The position numbers were made by a program, and so were the translations under genes. Positions 1 to 13,100 of a DNA stretch of 64,000 nucleotides are shown here, one piece after another. Source of the stretch: Seison nebaliae. Its lineage: Eukaryota. Below the pieces are notes generated by a model. The model was not told where the DNA came from and ran no database searches. It was given only the letters and a program-made list of their open reading frames with translations. Positions within the stretch are counted from its first letter, which is position 1, and each line of letters opens with the position of its first letter. The stretch lies in the NCBI GenBank assembly GCA_023231475.1, contig JALJEE010002602.1:1-64000 (forward strand). The letters run 5' to 3'.

Positions 1-275
1 GACTACCACCACAACGACTACCACCACAACGACTACCACCACAACGACTACCACCACAACGACTACCACCACAACGACTACCACCACAACGACGACCACC
101 ACAATTACAACAACCACGACAACAACCACGACAACAACCACGACAACAACCACGACAACAACCACGACCACAACCACCACCACAACAACCACCACAACGG
201 CGACCACAACCGCAAGAACGAGCACGACGACGGCGACCACAACCGCAAGAACGAGCACGACGACGACGAGCACGA
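1..275 (+). repeat. Coding tandem repeats: 15-bp GACTACCACCACAAC x6, then 12-bp ACAACAACCACG units and a duplicated ~33-bp unit
   Basis: Directly visible; the repeats encode the Thr-rich stalk. Confidence 0.9.
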
Positions 276-2486
276 CCTCTATGACCACGACAACAATCAG
301 CACTACAACAACGACAACTACAGCAACGCTAACTCCTACCACCCCAACCTTAAGAACCATTTCAACGACTTTCGAAGTTAGTACATCGAGCATAACATGA
401 ATGATCCACAATCCGCTATAAGTTGAGAGAAAATACTAGTAGGGATTATATAGTGAGTAGTACGGTGAAGAAAATTACAAGAAAGAACTAAAAAAAATAA
501 AGAAGCAACTTGACCTGAGTGAATGGGGAACGAATGAACAATTCCTTATGCTGTAAGCATTGAATATATATAAATAACGTACGCCAAACATAATAAAGAG
601 TGAAAGTGAAAGTGAGAAAGTGAGTGACAACGAAAAAAATAGATCTTTTTTTATCTGACAAGTAGTTATTATGATTCAACAGTAAACTGTGTTAAATTGC
701 AGATTGGAGTATTCTTGACTTATAGATTCAACTATTGAAGTTCAACATTTCTTGTTATCTTTTTGTTTCATAACAGAAACATCGTTTGTTTCTTATTTAA
801 TCCCATTCTTTTAATTTATTTTACCATTCGCTAAAGATCAACGTCCTTTACAAAGTGGAGGTCCAATAATAGGAATACGAATAACTTAGAATCAATAATA
901 AGGACAGATGTTGTATGTATACACCCGTATACAGATATAGGTCAAATTGTCACCCCACCTCGTTATTGGTCTATAATTTTTGTCGACGAGAAAAGGTTTT
1001 CTATTAGTGGACCCTATTCATGCCCAATTATGATACGAATAACGAGGTGAGGTAACAATCTGACGCTCTCCTTCATTTCTTTCGACTCGAATTCAATTGG
1101 ACGAATTGTCCTCCAAACGGTCGTTTTCGAATATTCTAAATCGAACTAGTCCAAAGCGACTTTCAGGTTGAAATGGCGGTTGCCGAAAAAAAATTTCTTA
1201 AGTTTTAGTTTCGTTCTTCGGCTTATGAGCGAGGGGCGACCCGAGTTTTCTTTTCTTCGATCAGACGTTACCTTTCAGCTTTTACAAATTCCACCCACTG
1301 TGGTCAAAGAGATACCTAATCCTTCGAAACCTCCGTCATAGTTTTGTTGCCTTCATAGGCCTGTAAAATTGCTGATTGTAAATCTTGACTTACTTTTTTT
1401 GATTTAGTCATCCTAAAATTATGCGTGTTTTATTTCAAAAAAATTAAATTCTTCATATGTCCCTAAAAATAAAGTTAAAACACGTTTAAAAAGTTTTGTC
1501 TCACAATTTATGAATTTTTTGGAATTCTTCCTCATCGCCCTCATACATGGGATTACCTATGTTCCACAATTTATGAGAAGCAGTGTATGTCTCAATTATT
1601 CGGTTGCTTTTCTCGTGTAATTCTCTTTTAACCAGTATAATAGTTAATAACTTCCGAAACAATTACATGACAATACAATTTATGATTATGTCTAACGTTC
1701 TAACGAAGAGTTGATGAAGTAATAAAAAATAATTTCTCATTATCTTCGGTATAGACTTCGGTTTCTGTAACAACGCCGCTGATCACCACACCAGTAAAAA
1801 CAACGATGACAACAACTACTAGCCCAATGAGGTTCAACACTTTCTATATTTATAAATAGATATTAAGTTTAGCTATTTAGACAGACTTATAAGGATTTAT
1901 AAATTTTATATATTAGTGATTACACAAAGTTTGTTTGAATTAGGTATATTTAAGGCAAAGGTAGTACTACTAATTTTACTTCCATGTATGTACCGACTAA
2001 CTAAAACTTTTACATTTAGTACTTTGTTGTGCATAAGCGAAAAGAAATTAAATTAACTAAAAACTTAATAAGAAAGAATTAACAGATGAATATTTTAATC
2101 CTATTCATTGATACATTTTATTTTTTAGAACACACCCCAATAATATTATGACAACTTGGCCCCCTTCCATTGTCACATCATATCAATCTTCTTCTCTTGG
2201 CATCACCACATCTTCAGAAGAATATCCAATAAACGTGTTAGACTTTTAAGTTACTATGTTGATAATGTTATTTGTCAGGACTGACATTTATGGAGGAACA
2301 TTTTTACCAATAGTAAATACAGAGTGTATTTATCCAAAACCTGTAACAGATATGGCGGAGAAGCAAAAAAAGAAATTTGAAATATTTTATATATTAATCG
2401 GAATCATGGGAACCGTATTACTTGGACTGAGTGCTGGATTACTTTATTTACATCGTTATGATCCAAATAGAAACGCTTTTCTTTAG
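1..2486 (+). CDS. Mucin-like Thr-rich single-pass membrane protein, 5'-partial (exons <1-376, 1755-1831, 2129-2236, 2279-2486)
   Basis: Frame 2 reads as poly-Thr from base 2. Three GT-AG introns join it in frame through TSVSVTTPL and THPNNIMTTWPP to TDIYGG, then a hydrophobic helix (FYILIGIMGTVLLGLSAGLLYL) and a short tail ending at TAG 2486. Confidence 0.75.
940..1585 (-). mobile_element. Degenerate Tc1/mariner transposon relic in the first visible intron of the mucin gene
   Basis: The minus strand gives broken transposase-like segments (LGISLTTVGGIC, ENSGRPSLIS with a GRP motif, KTTVWRTIR). One end reads ...CAGTG|TA at 1585, and CACAATTTATGA is repeated at 1502 and 1565. The other end was not found. 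Confidence 0.65.
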
Positions 2487-4326
2487 TTTTTTACTTAATT
2501 AATTAAATATGCCGTATATCATACGGTTAAAAATTTGAGCATAAACATTGAAAATGTAGAATAAGCGATTTGTTTATAAAATAAATTTTTATTGATTATT
2601 AAGAAATTATAAATTGTTCTTTATAAATATGTGTTGATCAGATTCCAAGCGATGGAATAGGAAATTCGGAAGCATCCATCTTCTTTAAATATCAGAATCA
2701 TTCTAAAAGAGTGCGAACATTGATTTTATTGAGAAGGAAATAACTGCCTATAATCATTGCAGAATGTGCGAAATAACCACAATTTCACTTAAATTTTACA
2801 AGGTTTCAACGATGGAAATAAAAAGATCTCATGATGAGATCCAACCATACGTTGCAGTTGCAGAACGTATTTTTCTACAATCTAAATCGCATCGAAAAAA
2901 TCTGTTGACATTACATTTATATTCATGGAGAGGACATCGAAATGTACGTGCGAGTAAGCTCTTACTCAAGTAAGATAAGTCCCATTTCTTTGTATAGGGA
3001 AAAGGTAATTTATTTATAATAGTTTATTTATAATTAACAAAAAAAAATGATAAGAAAAAAAAAAGAAAATAATAATTATGAGATAATTCCATCATTTCTC
3101 CCATTAGGCCCATCCTTAATAATTTTCTTAGTATTGTGATTGGTCTTCTTATGGTCACCTAGGCTTTGGCAATTTTGAATGCATAAATATCGCTTAATTC
3201 ACGATTTTCGTATGTTATTATTGGAATCTGCTAAACAAATTTCGGAATAATTTCGAAACGAGTACAATCTTTAAGTTCGATTGAACCCGATTACCTGTTC
3301 CTTTTCCCGTTGGGAAATGAGGGCTTCCATTTCAACCAACGCTCCTGATAACACGACCAAAATTTTTAGGCTATCCATTTGGACGGATTCGTGTCTTACT
3401 TTCCTTCTTCTCGTGGAACTGTCACAACCACCGTGGTTCAGTTACTATGACTAAACGGTAAGCAACTTCCTTACCTTCTACGTCTTATACGGCTAGTAAG
3501 ACTATAGAATTCCATCCACCTATTTTATCAACTTCGTCTAACATGGTAAAATTAGCATCGTTCACCGTTGAAATTTTGCAATAATTTGGTAACTAAATTT
3601 CCAATGTCTCCAAATCCATAAAAAATTTAAATTAAATATTAAATGCGCTTATTTTTAATTGTAAAAAACTTTTTTCTCAGCTTTTATAGCTATATAATAG
3701 TAAACCAAAATAGAAACCGTTTTATCTTCCAACTGACATTTTTTATAATATTGTTTGAATATATGACGTGTATATATCCGTTCGCTCATAACGAATAAAA
3801 GCAAATGACACGTCATTACTAATTATGGGAAGCCAAGAATTTTTTTCAATTAAATATTTTCTCGTTCTTCTAATTTTCACTATTAGATAATTCGGACTTT
3901 AGATTTTGTTACAATTATTTATCAAACTAAAATTTTCGACTAAATCTGATACGACGGGCAGTTTTAGCCTCTAAAACTCTAAAATTTAAAGTATCAAATT
4001 CTTTTTGGGAGAATAAAAACTTTCGGATGATTCTTAAATTAAAAATAATCCAAAAACAATAACCAATACAATGAACCTTCATATAATGCATAAATTTATC
4101 ATAAGAGTAAAATGATGAAGAAAATTAATGATGTGGAATTATCTAGTAATACACTCTTTCGTTCAGTACAAATTAAAAATGGGAAGCTTGTATTTATAGA
4201 AACTTCTAATTATTTATTCTTCTATTTCTATTCATATTACTTTGCAGTTACACTTCCAGATAAACTTAATTAAAGAAAAAGCCCAATAAAAATTTAAAAA
4301 ATTTAGTATATGAAAGTATTTAAATT

Positions 4327-5655
4327 ATGAACAATTTCTTTTCGGAAGGCAATCGTAAAACTCCCTTGTTAGATTCTTGTCCGACAAGTAGACCTATAAA
4401 AGATTTATATAAAGAAATAATCGGTCAATTGAAATATGATGGTCATTATGAGATTTGTGATGGTCTCATTGATTTGAACGAATCGGTTTCCCCTTCCAAT
4501 GCATTATTTCACGAATTCAATTCGAACAGATCGTTGTTAAATGAGAAAGTGAATTGGAAGAATCTCTCATCATCTGACGAGACAACTAATGGAGAAGTGA
4601 AGAAAAATATATCGAACGAAACGATAAAGGAGGAAAAGACAACGATGAAAAGTAGAAATCCCACATCGAAATTTTCTTCATTTTATCACGTCCAATTATC
4701 GAACATATCTTCCAATACCATCGCTTTCGACAATAATGACAAGAGTTCTTTAACTAATTTCGTTGTTGGTGATGTTAATGGAAAATTGCATTTTGGATAT
4801 TTGACATCTGATTCCAATTGTGTAATATATCGAATAATGAAAGAGAATAGTTCGAAAGTGACATCCATCCAATATCATCCATCTTCTTCATCCACATTCG
4901 TTCTTTCTGGTGATGATCAAGGAGATATTTGTGTAATCAATAATGAACGTTCAACATGTGTTGGACAATGTCACGTTCTCTTACATGAAGTATCAGCAAT
5001 TGTAGGATTGAGATGGATGAATAATTGTTCATCGAATTATTTCGCTTGTTGTGTTGATGATAGTCCGACAATTCGTTTATATGATGGAGAAACATTATCG
5101 TGTTACAGATCGAAAGATCAACGAAGGCAACCGACTAATGAATTAAATATTACGAGTCTATCTTCGAATTATTCGAATGATTCTCCACATCTATTCGCAA
5201 CAGGTTCCTCTAATTCCCAAATAGAATTATGGGACATTCGAACAATGGAACGAATTAATCATATCGACAATGCTCACAACTCATTGAAAGTCAATTCATT
5301 ACAAATGATGAAATCTCGTACGGAATTATTATCGAACGGACTTGACGGATTTATTCGTGTTTGGGATCTGAGATCATTAAACAAACCAATTATTAACATC
5401 AACAATAAAGAATCATCATCAAATCAGTTTGATGTTCGAGTGAATGCATGTTTAAATGAGAAAGAAGATACCATCATGTCCGTTAAACGTAGTAACAACA
5501 TGTTATATCAATGGAATTGCACAGATGGTCAAATGATCATGGATCCAATTCCATGTAATACTCCAAGTTCATGTCATCAAATTATCCATCATCCAAATGT
5601 CTCTTTATTATTCATGATATTCGATGATTATTCAAGTTCCGTTTGGTCTGTTTAA
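4327..5655 (+). CDS. CSTF1: Cleavage stimulation factor subunit 1 (CstF-50)-like WD40 protein
   Basis: LYKEIIGQLKYDGHYEICDGL...SPSNALF resembles the CSTF1 N-terminal dimerisation motif. It is followed by WD40 repeats (IRLYD, IELWD, LLSNGLDGFIRVWD). Confidence 0.8.
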   Translation: MNNFFSEGNRKTPLLDSCPTSRPIKDLYKEIIGQLKYDGHYEICDGLIDLNESVSPSNALFHEFNSNRSLLNEKVNWKNLSSSDETTNGEVKKNISNETIKEEKTTMKSRNPTSKFSSFYHVQLSNISSNTIAFDNNDKSSLTNFVVGDVNGKLHFGYLTSDSNCVIYRIMKENSSKVTSIQYHPSSSSTFVLSGDDQGDICVINNERSTCVGQCHVLLHEVSAIVGLRWMNNCSSNYFACCVDDSPTIRLYDGETLSCYRSKDQRRQPTNELNITSLSSNYSNDSPHLFATGSSNSQIELWDIRTMERINHIDNAHNSLKVNSLQMMKSRTELLSNGLDGFIRVWDLRSLNKPIININNKESSSNQFDVRVNACLNEKEDTIMSVKRSNNMLYQWNCTDGQMIMDPIPCNTPSSCHQIIHHPNVSLLFMIFDDYSSSVWSV

Positions 5656-5779
5656 TCTTATCTTATTCTGTAAATAAATACATAACAAAAATAAATGAAT
5701 GTTGAGAAATAAGAAGAAATCGATTTGAAAAATATTATGATAATTTAAAATTATTCAACAAATATTTTTCTAGTTAACA

Positions 5780-6973
5780 TTAACTGTTTTTATCATCGAC
5801 CATCTCAGCTAATGAAGGAATGTTTGTTAGAGTTCCTAAAGAACAACTGTTTGTACTATCATTGAGAGAACTATATGTTTGTGACGTCCAATTATCTGAC
5901 GCTTTATCACAAGTCCATAAAGGCTTTTGAGGATTGAGAGATATTTTCATTTTTCCTAAATCTTTCGTTTTTCGATATAATAATTGTTTGGGATTATTTC
6001 TTTTCGAATTATAATGTTTCTTTAATTCGTTATTAGCGATTTCTACTACAGTTAACTCATCGTAATTCTCTGCAGTGGAACAATTAACATTATGGTTTTG
6101 ATTAACATTTGTACTCGAGTTACTTTCATTTGTCGAAGTAAGTTCATCTTCTTTCTTCAATTTAGCGAGTTTAAGTGCAACTGAAAGTAGAAACATAACA
6201 TCACCATGACTTAACAAACTATTCTTGTCGTTACTCTCTCTACCTCGATCGTCAAATAATCGTTTCCGTAATTCTTGTAATGATTTTATTTCTCTGTTCG
6301 TGAAGAGTAATCGTTTTGCTCTTTTCGAAATTTTGTCGATTTTCCTTCTTATCAATTTTCGTGCCAATTCCATATTTTCAATTGGATTGTCTTGTGTGTG
6401 GATATGTTGTAAACGATCGTAAATCTTTTGTTGATATAAATGTTCCTTGTCTTTCGATTTGTCTCGTCGATTTTGAGCAGTTTCACATTTTTCCATTAGA
6501 CGAGAAAAAAAAATTTGATCTATCGATGAATTGGTTGGGGGAGGGGAACGACTTCCTTTCGGCACATTACCGTTCACATTATTCAGATACTCCTTATGAC
6601 ATTCCACATCACGTTGATCATCACCATCAAATTTCAAAGTTATTTGTCTCTTATTTGTCGAGAAAAGGTCAACGAAATTCTTTAATAAGATTTCCGTCGA
6701 AAATTTCTTTTTAGCGTCCGTAATTTTCTCCATCGAATTACTCTTATTGAGACCTAATAAATTCTCTTCTTCCTCATCAGTCCGACTGTTTTGATTGGTA
6801 TTGTCATATGCCTTCCTCATCTTTACTTGTCGATGTTTCAATATCATCAGTATAACCACCACTATCACAATCACTAAAACTACTAAACCTAAACCTATTC
6901 CCACATATTTTAGTTTTTCATCTGAACTGTTTTCTTCTCTTTTTATGTTTAGTCTACTCATTCCTAACACCAT
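5780..6973 (-). CDS. Uncharacterised single-pass membrane protein
   Basis: About 400 open codons with a clear TM helix (VGIGLGLVVLVIVIVVVILMIL) followed by KHR. The first ATG is at 6973; the track's TTG start is unlikely in a eukaryote. No family recognised. Confidence 0.65.
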   Translation of the reverse strand: MVLGMSRLNIKREENSSDEKLKYVGIGLGLVVLVIVIVVVILMILKHRQVKMRKAYDNTNQNSRTDEEEENLLGLNKSNSMEKITDAKKKFSTEILLKNFVDLFSTNKRQITLKFDGDDQRDVECHKEYLNNVNGNVPKGSRSPPPTNSSIDQIFFSRLMEKCETAQNRRDKSKDKEHLYQQKIYDRLQHIHTQDNPIENMELARKLIRRKIDKISKRAKRLLFTNREIKSLQELRKRLFDDRGRESNDKNSLLSHGDVMFLLSVALKLAKLKKEDELTSTNESNSSTNVNQNHNVNCSTAENYDELTVVEIANNELKKHYNSKRNNPKQLLYRKTKDLGKMKISLNPQKPLWTCDKASDNWTSQTYSSLNDSTNSCSLGTLTNIPSLAEMVDDKNS

Positions 6974-7693
6974 CGAATATTTTACAAATAAGCATAATAG
7001 AATTATCAATTTTTAGTTAGATTAGAAAAATTGTCTAACAAAGTTTTCCGTAACAGAATTGCAAAGAATGATAAATTATTAAAGTAACAACCAATATTGC
7101 TAAACTGAAGTCGATATGTCAATCAAAACAGAAATTATTCTGAACGTTAATTCTCCAATGAATGATTCAATTTCTAATTTTCAATTTCCATTTATATCCA
7201 ATCTGAATTTCATTCTCCAACTACTTTAAAACCTTAATATTATTTCAATTTTTTATGATATTAACTCTTTACAGAAGTCAAATATCGACAGAGTTAATTA
7301 ACGAGAATAACCAAAAATTAATTAATAATGAGAAGTTTTCTTGCTAAACAGTTTTTTTTTAAATTGAAGATAGCTTATACTATCTTTTTAATTTGCTCCA
7401 AAGTATTCAGTACTTTATTTAATCCATAATCCATAAAAATGAGAGGAATAAAAATTGAATTTAAAGAATTGGCATACGGCATGTTCATATTTCAATATTA
7501 ATAATTTTTCGGAATCAGTTTATCACTCGTAGCATGTTTTTTAAATGATTCCAATGTAACGCTCAAATTTTAAATTAAACGATGCAAGTTACAACTTTTT
7601 GTTTAGAATAATACTAAAACGCAAAATGGAACTAAAATGGGATTCAAATTTTTAAAATAATTTACAACAATAACTAGCACTTCAGAATAAAAT

Positions 7694-8819
7694 ATGGGTT
7701 TGTGTATCTTTGTATGATCGTAAATCTTTATGCTCCTTGTTTGTCTCATTAGGTATTTCTAGAGACGGATGGCATAAACGTCGAGCTACGGGTGGTAAGC
7801 GGCCACAACCTCACAAAAAGAGGAAACATGAAATGGGACGACCAGCATCTTCTACTAAATTAGGTGAGAAGAAAGTGAAACGATTGAGGGTGCGTGGTGG
7901 AAATGAGAAAGTTCGAGCTCTCAAGTTGGATCATGGAAATTTTTCATGGGCATCAGAAGGTTCATTTTCTTTCTTCTTTCAGAAATTGAATTTAATTTAA
8001 ATTTAAGGTGTATCAAGAAAGACACGTATCGTTGATATTGTTTACAATGCTTCATCAAATGATTTGGTTCGAACTAAAACTCTCGTCAAATCATGTATCG
8101 TCTTGGTGGATGCCACTCCATTCCGTCAATGGTTTCATTTATTTATTAAGTATTCATATTATCAATATTTCGAAGGTATGAAGCATTTTATGCGAAAAAA
8201 TTGGTTACAAAAAAATCGAAGGCAGAAAAAGAGGAGACAAAGAAAGTAAACTTATCGACGAAAAAGAAGAAGCGTCAGAAGAATGCTGAAGTCGATTCGG
8301 CTCTTAGTGACATTTTCGAATCAGGAAAATTGTATGGTTAGTCACATTTACAATTGATACATCCAATTTGTTTGAGAGAATGATTTGGTCTGATATTTAA
8401 TTTAGAACCTCAAAATTAATTTTCAATTAGAATAGAGAATGAGAATAATTTAGATTTCAATAATATAATTTATTTCGTAAATTTTACTTCGACAATCTCA
8501 TTTGAATTAGATATTTCTTTATTGAATATTAATGTTAATTTTGAATATTTAATTCGATAATTGTCACATTTTTATATGATGGGATAGTCAATGAATTGAA
8601 TATATTAATCTTCTTTTGATTTATTAATTTGTTCTAATGATCATTAATATAATGATCAGTTTTGACTTTTAATGTATCGATTAATTGATTATAATTTTCT
8701 TCTTTTCAGCCAAAATCTCCAGTCGTCCTGGGCAAGTTGGACGTAGCGATGGCTATGTTTTGGAAGGTCGCGAATTAGACTTCTACGTGAAAAAGATCAA
8801 GTCGAAGAAACGAAAGTAA
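7694..8819 (+). CDS. RPS8: 40S ribosomal protein S8 (exons 7694-7697, 7753-7959, 8008-8131, 8176-8336, 8710-8819)
   Basis: [18 protein letters not shown]...RVRGGNEK...[23 protein letters not shown]...[22 protein letters not shown]; all junctions are in frame. Confidence 0.97.
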
Positions 8820-10149
8820 AATTGATGACGAATTTTATTTACTTTATTCTTATTATGTGTATTGAATAAAAATTGATGCGAAATATTTGATATTCTTATT
8901 TCAATTATCGTCCAAGCGAAATTCATGTGAGATCCATTAAATTTATTTGTTGTGGGAGGAGTGGGCACAACGACTAGTAGACAAATTAAGAAATAAAATA
9001 AAACGTCTGTGCGACGCTTGGAAAATGAGAACAATGTTAAACGAAAATTCTTTTTCTTCTTGAAACGTTCTCACGTCATTTTTTAATCGAAACAACCAAG
9101 TGGGAGTGATGGTGATTTTAATAGATATTTCGAAAGGGATGAGCAATTCTCGTGTATGTGGTGAGATAATTTGTAAAAGAAACTTTCTCAAACTAAATGA
9201 TCTGAAGATTGTTTTCGGAAACACATATGTCAAATGAACCGTCGCGAATTCATTTAGAATGTTTGGATGAGTGGAAAGTTTCGATCGATATTTCTTTCTC
9301 AATCCAATCAACGATATACCATTCATTTTTCATGTTTTATTATAATATAAGTTTCTTTTATAAAACTTCGTTTTCTCATTTTATCTTCTGTAAATTATTC
9401 GCGAATAATATTCGTAGATGAACTTCTTGATCTGATCGATGTCTTAGTTCTATTCTCCATCCTTTCTTCAAAAATGTGAGTTATCTTTTTAAGATGTGGA
9501 GATATTGATGAATATGACGATAGTTGATAAGTATCATCATCGAATTGTAGGAGAGCGATTGACTGTTAGATGTGATATGGTTAGAGATTGACAACAGAGA
9601 ATGCTTCAACGATAATTTCGAAGTAATTTAGATAATCGATAATTGATACGTTGTGATGGAAAGAGTGAAAAGTAAATGGAAAATGATAAATCTTCCAACG
9701 TTTCTTTTTCTCACGCTGAAAACACGACGAATAGGAAAACAGTTTAAGGAAAATAAATTAAATGATAAGAGTTCAATTGATATCCGTTAGTTGGTTGTTG
9801 ACGTTGATTCTATTATGAAGATATCTCCATAGCACATACATTGATTTATGTGAAGGCTTTCAAAGAATATCTCTCATTCTTTTATGTTGACAAGATATTC
9901 GAAAAAGAAAATAAATTGATGAGTTTCTTTCGTTCGAATTAGTTTTTTTAGCGATTAATTAATCGTCAATATTAGTATGGTAATGGATGTACAGTTGAGT
10001 TTGCTCACCTTAACTATTGAACTTTAATAAGTAAGATTTTATTAAACAGATATACATATCTCATGAATTAAAATTGAATTACAAATTGACTAATAAAAAA
10101 AAGAAAGAAAGAAAGAAAGAAAGAACGATAAAGAAAACGAAAAGGTTGA

Positions 10150-13100
10150 ATGGATAGAAAACGAATGATGATAAAGAGACAACGACATTTACCACCATTA
10201 CCACCAGCAATTCATCGATTATCTGATGATGGCATAGGTCGATCGAATAATGTATTGAAGAGAATGTTAACACCGAAATTAATGACGCCAATGTCAAGTA
10301 ATGTCGACTCGTTACATAACTTTTCCACAACTAAACCTATAACGACTTCAACTACAGACTATCCACTTATTACGTCACATTATCTGTTCAATATGAATGA
10401 AAGTGAAAATTTAAATAACAACAACAACAATTGTAATAAGATGAGTTCAATGAATATTTTTGGCAATCGGAGGCGGAACTTGAAAAATGAGCCAGCAACT
10501 CGTTTTCGTACACTTTCTCCAGCGATGTTAATTAAACCTCCGACAGATCAATCTCGTCATCGCCATGTGCAACAACAACATCAACAACAGCCATTGAATG
10601 ATAATGAAAATAATGATATTGGAGAGAAATATAAGGAACATCATACGAATCAGCCGATGACGTCGTTCTTAAATCGTTCATTGTTAATTGGAGAAAATAA
10701 GATTTTCGATAACAGTTTCAATGGAAATAGATCCCTAACATCTGTACAACTAGTTAATCATAGAGACCAAAACATTAAACATCATCAAATATTTACTCCT
10801 CATCATTCATCCAACGTAACTAAAGAAAGAAAGCATCGTTCGATCTCTCGTCAACGTAATTCGACGAATCCCCCAACAAAGAATACAACCGTCATTTACA
10901 ATAATGACAATAGTAGTGAGACACCCAATAACGTCAAAAATAAATCATCACTCTTCCCATTGACATATCGTCAGCGTCATTTTCTTCCTGCTCATCAAAT
11001 TTTCCATACGTCAAGCTCCTATTTGCAAGCGTCCACTACTACTCCAACAATAACGACCCCCATAAATAATCCGAATAATATTAATAATATCAATCCACAT
11101 TCGAATAAAGACGGTAGGATTTTAATGAATGACAATGATATATTCATTTTATCATCCGATAACATCTTGCCCAACTCTTCGTTACCGCCACTCGCTCCCA
11201 CATTAACTAAATCTACCCTATCCACTCATCGACCAACATTCTTCCCCTCTGTCATTCCTCCACTTCATGCGAACAATCTGCCCACTCCATCCCTTCCAAA
11301 TAACCCCAATACTATCAATATAAACAATAATCAAAATATGAATCCATATCCATTGGCCATCAACAATCAATTTAATACACTTCGATCGCCGTTGTTTCAG
11401 AATATCGACGGTCAAAATGTCGTTTATCGTAATCCAAATAATCGTCTCTCCACCGTTATCGATCATCGATACTCGATGATTAATCCTTTCCAATTACAAC
11501 AGCCGCAACAACTTCCACCCCAAATCGTTCCAATTCAACAACAGCCTCAACCATTGATGCAGACAACGAGAAGGAATACTCCCACAGCATTCCCTCTTCA
11601 ACAACCTCCAATTGTTCAACCGAATTATTCAGGTTATCGCGAACGATCAACGAACCGTGCCACTTCCCATCATCGAAGTGTCTCCCGACCAGTAATGCGA
11701 CCTCCGTCCATACATCAACGAAATATTTTGAAATCATTTTATGCTCCTGCTACATCCAATCTGGGAGGTAATTTAGACGATTTTTCAAAACTCCAATTTT
11801 TGGGTAGAGGAATTATGTCTAATTCTTCTCTCCAATATTATGATACGAATAATTTTCAATATTCAACAATGTATCAAAACGCTTTTCAACCATCATACCA
11901 AAATAATAATTTCCGTTATCCACAATTTGAAGTAGAACAGACATCATATCAACCTCTTAAAACTGCGAATCGATTCTCCTCCCAAAATTCTCATCAATTA
12001 AATTTTAATTCGAGTAAACATGTGAAGAAATCGTCTAAACCGTTAAATGGAACTCAACCGATAAAAGCGAATAATTTATCTAATCTCACTAAAAGTCGTA
12101 CATCGATAGATGCCAATAATTATGGTAATGATAAACAACCATTAGGAGATATTCCTAATAAGTTCGACAGTCAACCAAATAACACTTTCTTTCATCGTGC
12201 TGAACAAAATTTCTCCGATACCATGTCCATTGTCTCCAATTCTCAACAACAGCCAGTTAAACGTCGTCAAAGAAAACAGCAACATTCAATTCATCATCGT
12301 AATCATCAAAATCGTAACAATCACTTATCCCAAAAAGAGAAAAGTATTTATTCCATGAATAATAAGAGTAAATTGATGGAATATGATGATGATCAATTTG
12401 AATCGATCGATAACGAAAAGCGGAAAAGTCGACGCTTAAAAAAGTTGACAGAAAAACGAAGTAAAATTTCTCTACGTCTTCCCGAATATTTCAAAGTGAA
12501 AGACACGGAATTTTTATATGATAATTATTCGTTCGCTTATCGAGACGCATTATATGGTGGTCGTTTCACTGACGCCGTTTTGAAAGATCACATGAAATTG
12601 GATGAAGAAGATAAGAAGAAACTTTTCATTCATTTCTCTCAAGACGATATGATTCATCCGAAATCGGAAACTATAATGGAATCCCAAAGTATACCCATAC
12701 CTCCATTAGGTCAATCAATTTTCATTCCTGCTAGCCAACAATTACCACCTGCTCCATCTTCTACAAACAACGGAGCACAATTATTAAGTTCGAACCGTTT
12801 ATCGAAAAAAGGGTCGATGCATCGACCGATTAATCGAAGTCCATCGACCAATCTGTATCGTCATTCTCGTAGAGCATCAAATGTTGATCGTCAATCAATG
12901 GACAATCGTTTAATTAATACGTCTCAATCTGTAATATTAAATGGTCAGATATCACCAGCGATCGTCGATGAGAGAAAATCATTATATCCTTTATATTCAC
13001 GTCCAACTTCCCATTGTCGTTCTTCTTTCAAAGAGAATGGTATGGACAACCAAACTAATCGTTACTCCGTTTTATATGACACTGCCACCGATTTGACATT

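Noticed and set aside
1..275. CRISPR-like or telomeric array
   Set aside because: There are no spacers; it is a coding poly-Thr repeat in a eukaryotic gene.
2640..3560. Coding-like or pseudogene-like stretch including ORF 2764-2973
   Set aside because: The frames examined contain several stops and no recognisable motif.
8337..8709. Long last intron of RPS8 as a snoRNA host
   Set aside because: Plausible by analogy with other animals, but I found no properly spaced C (RUGAUGA) and D (CUGA) boxes and no convincing H/ACA fold.
8900..9840. Possible spliced minus-strand gene between RPS8 and the large ORF
   Set aside because: Short open segments can be joined, but no complete model or recognisable protein results.
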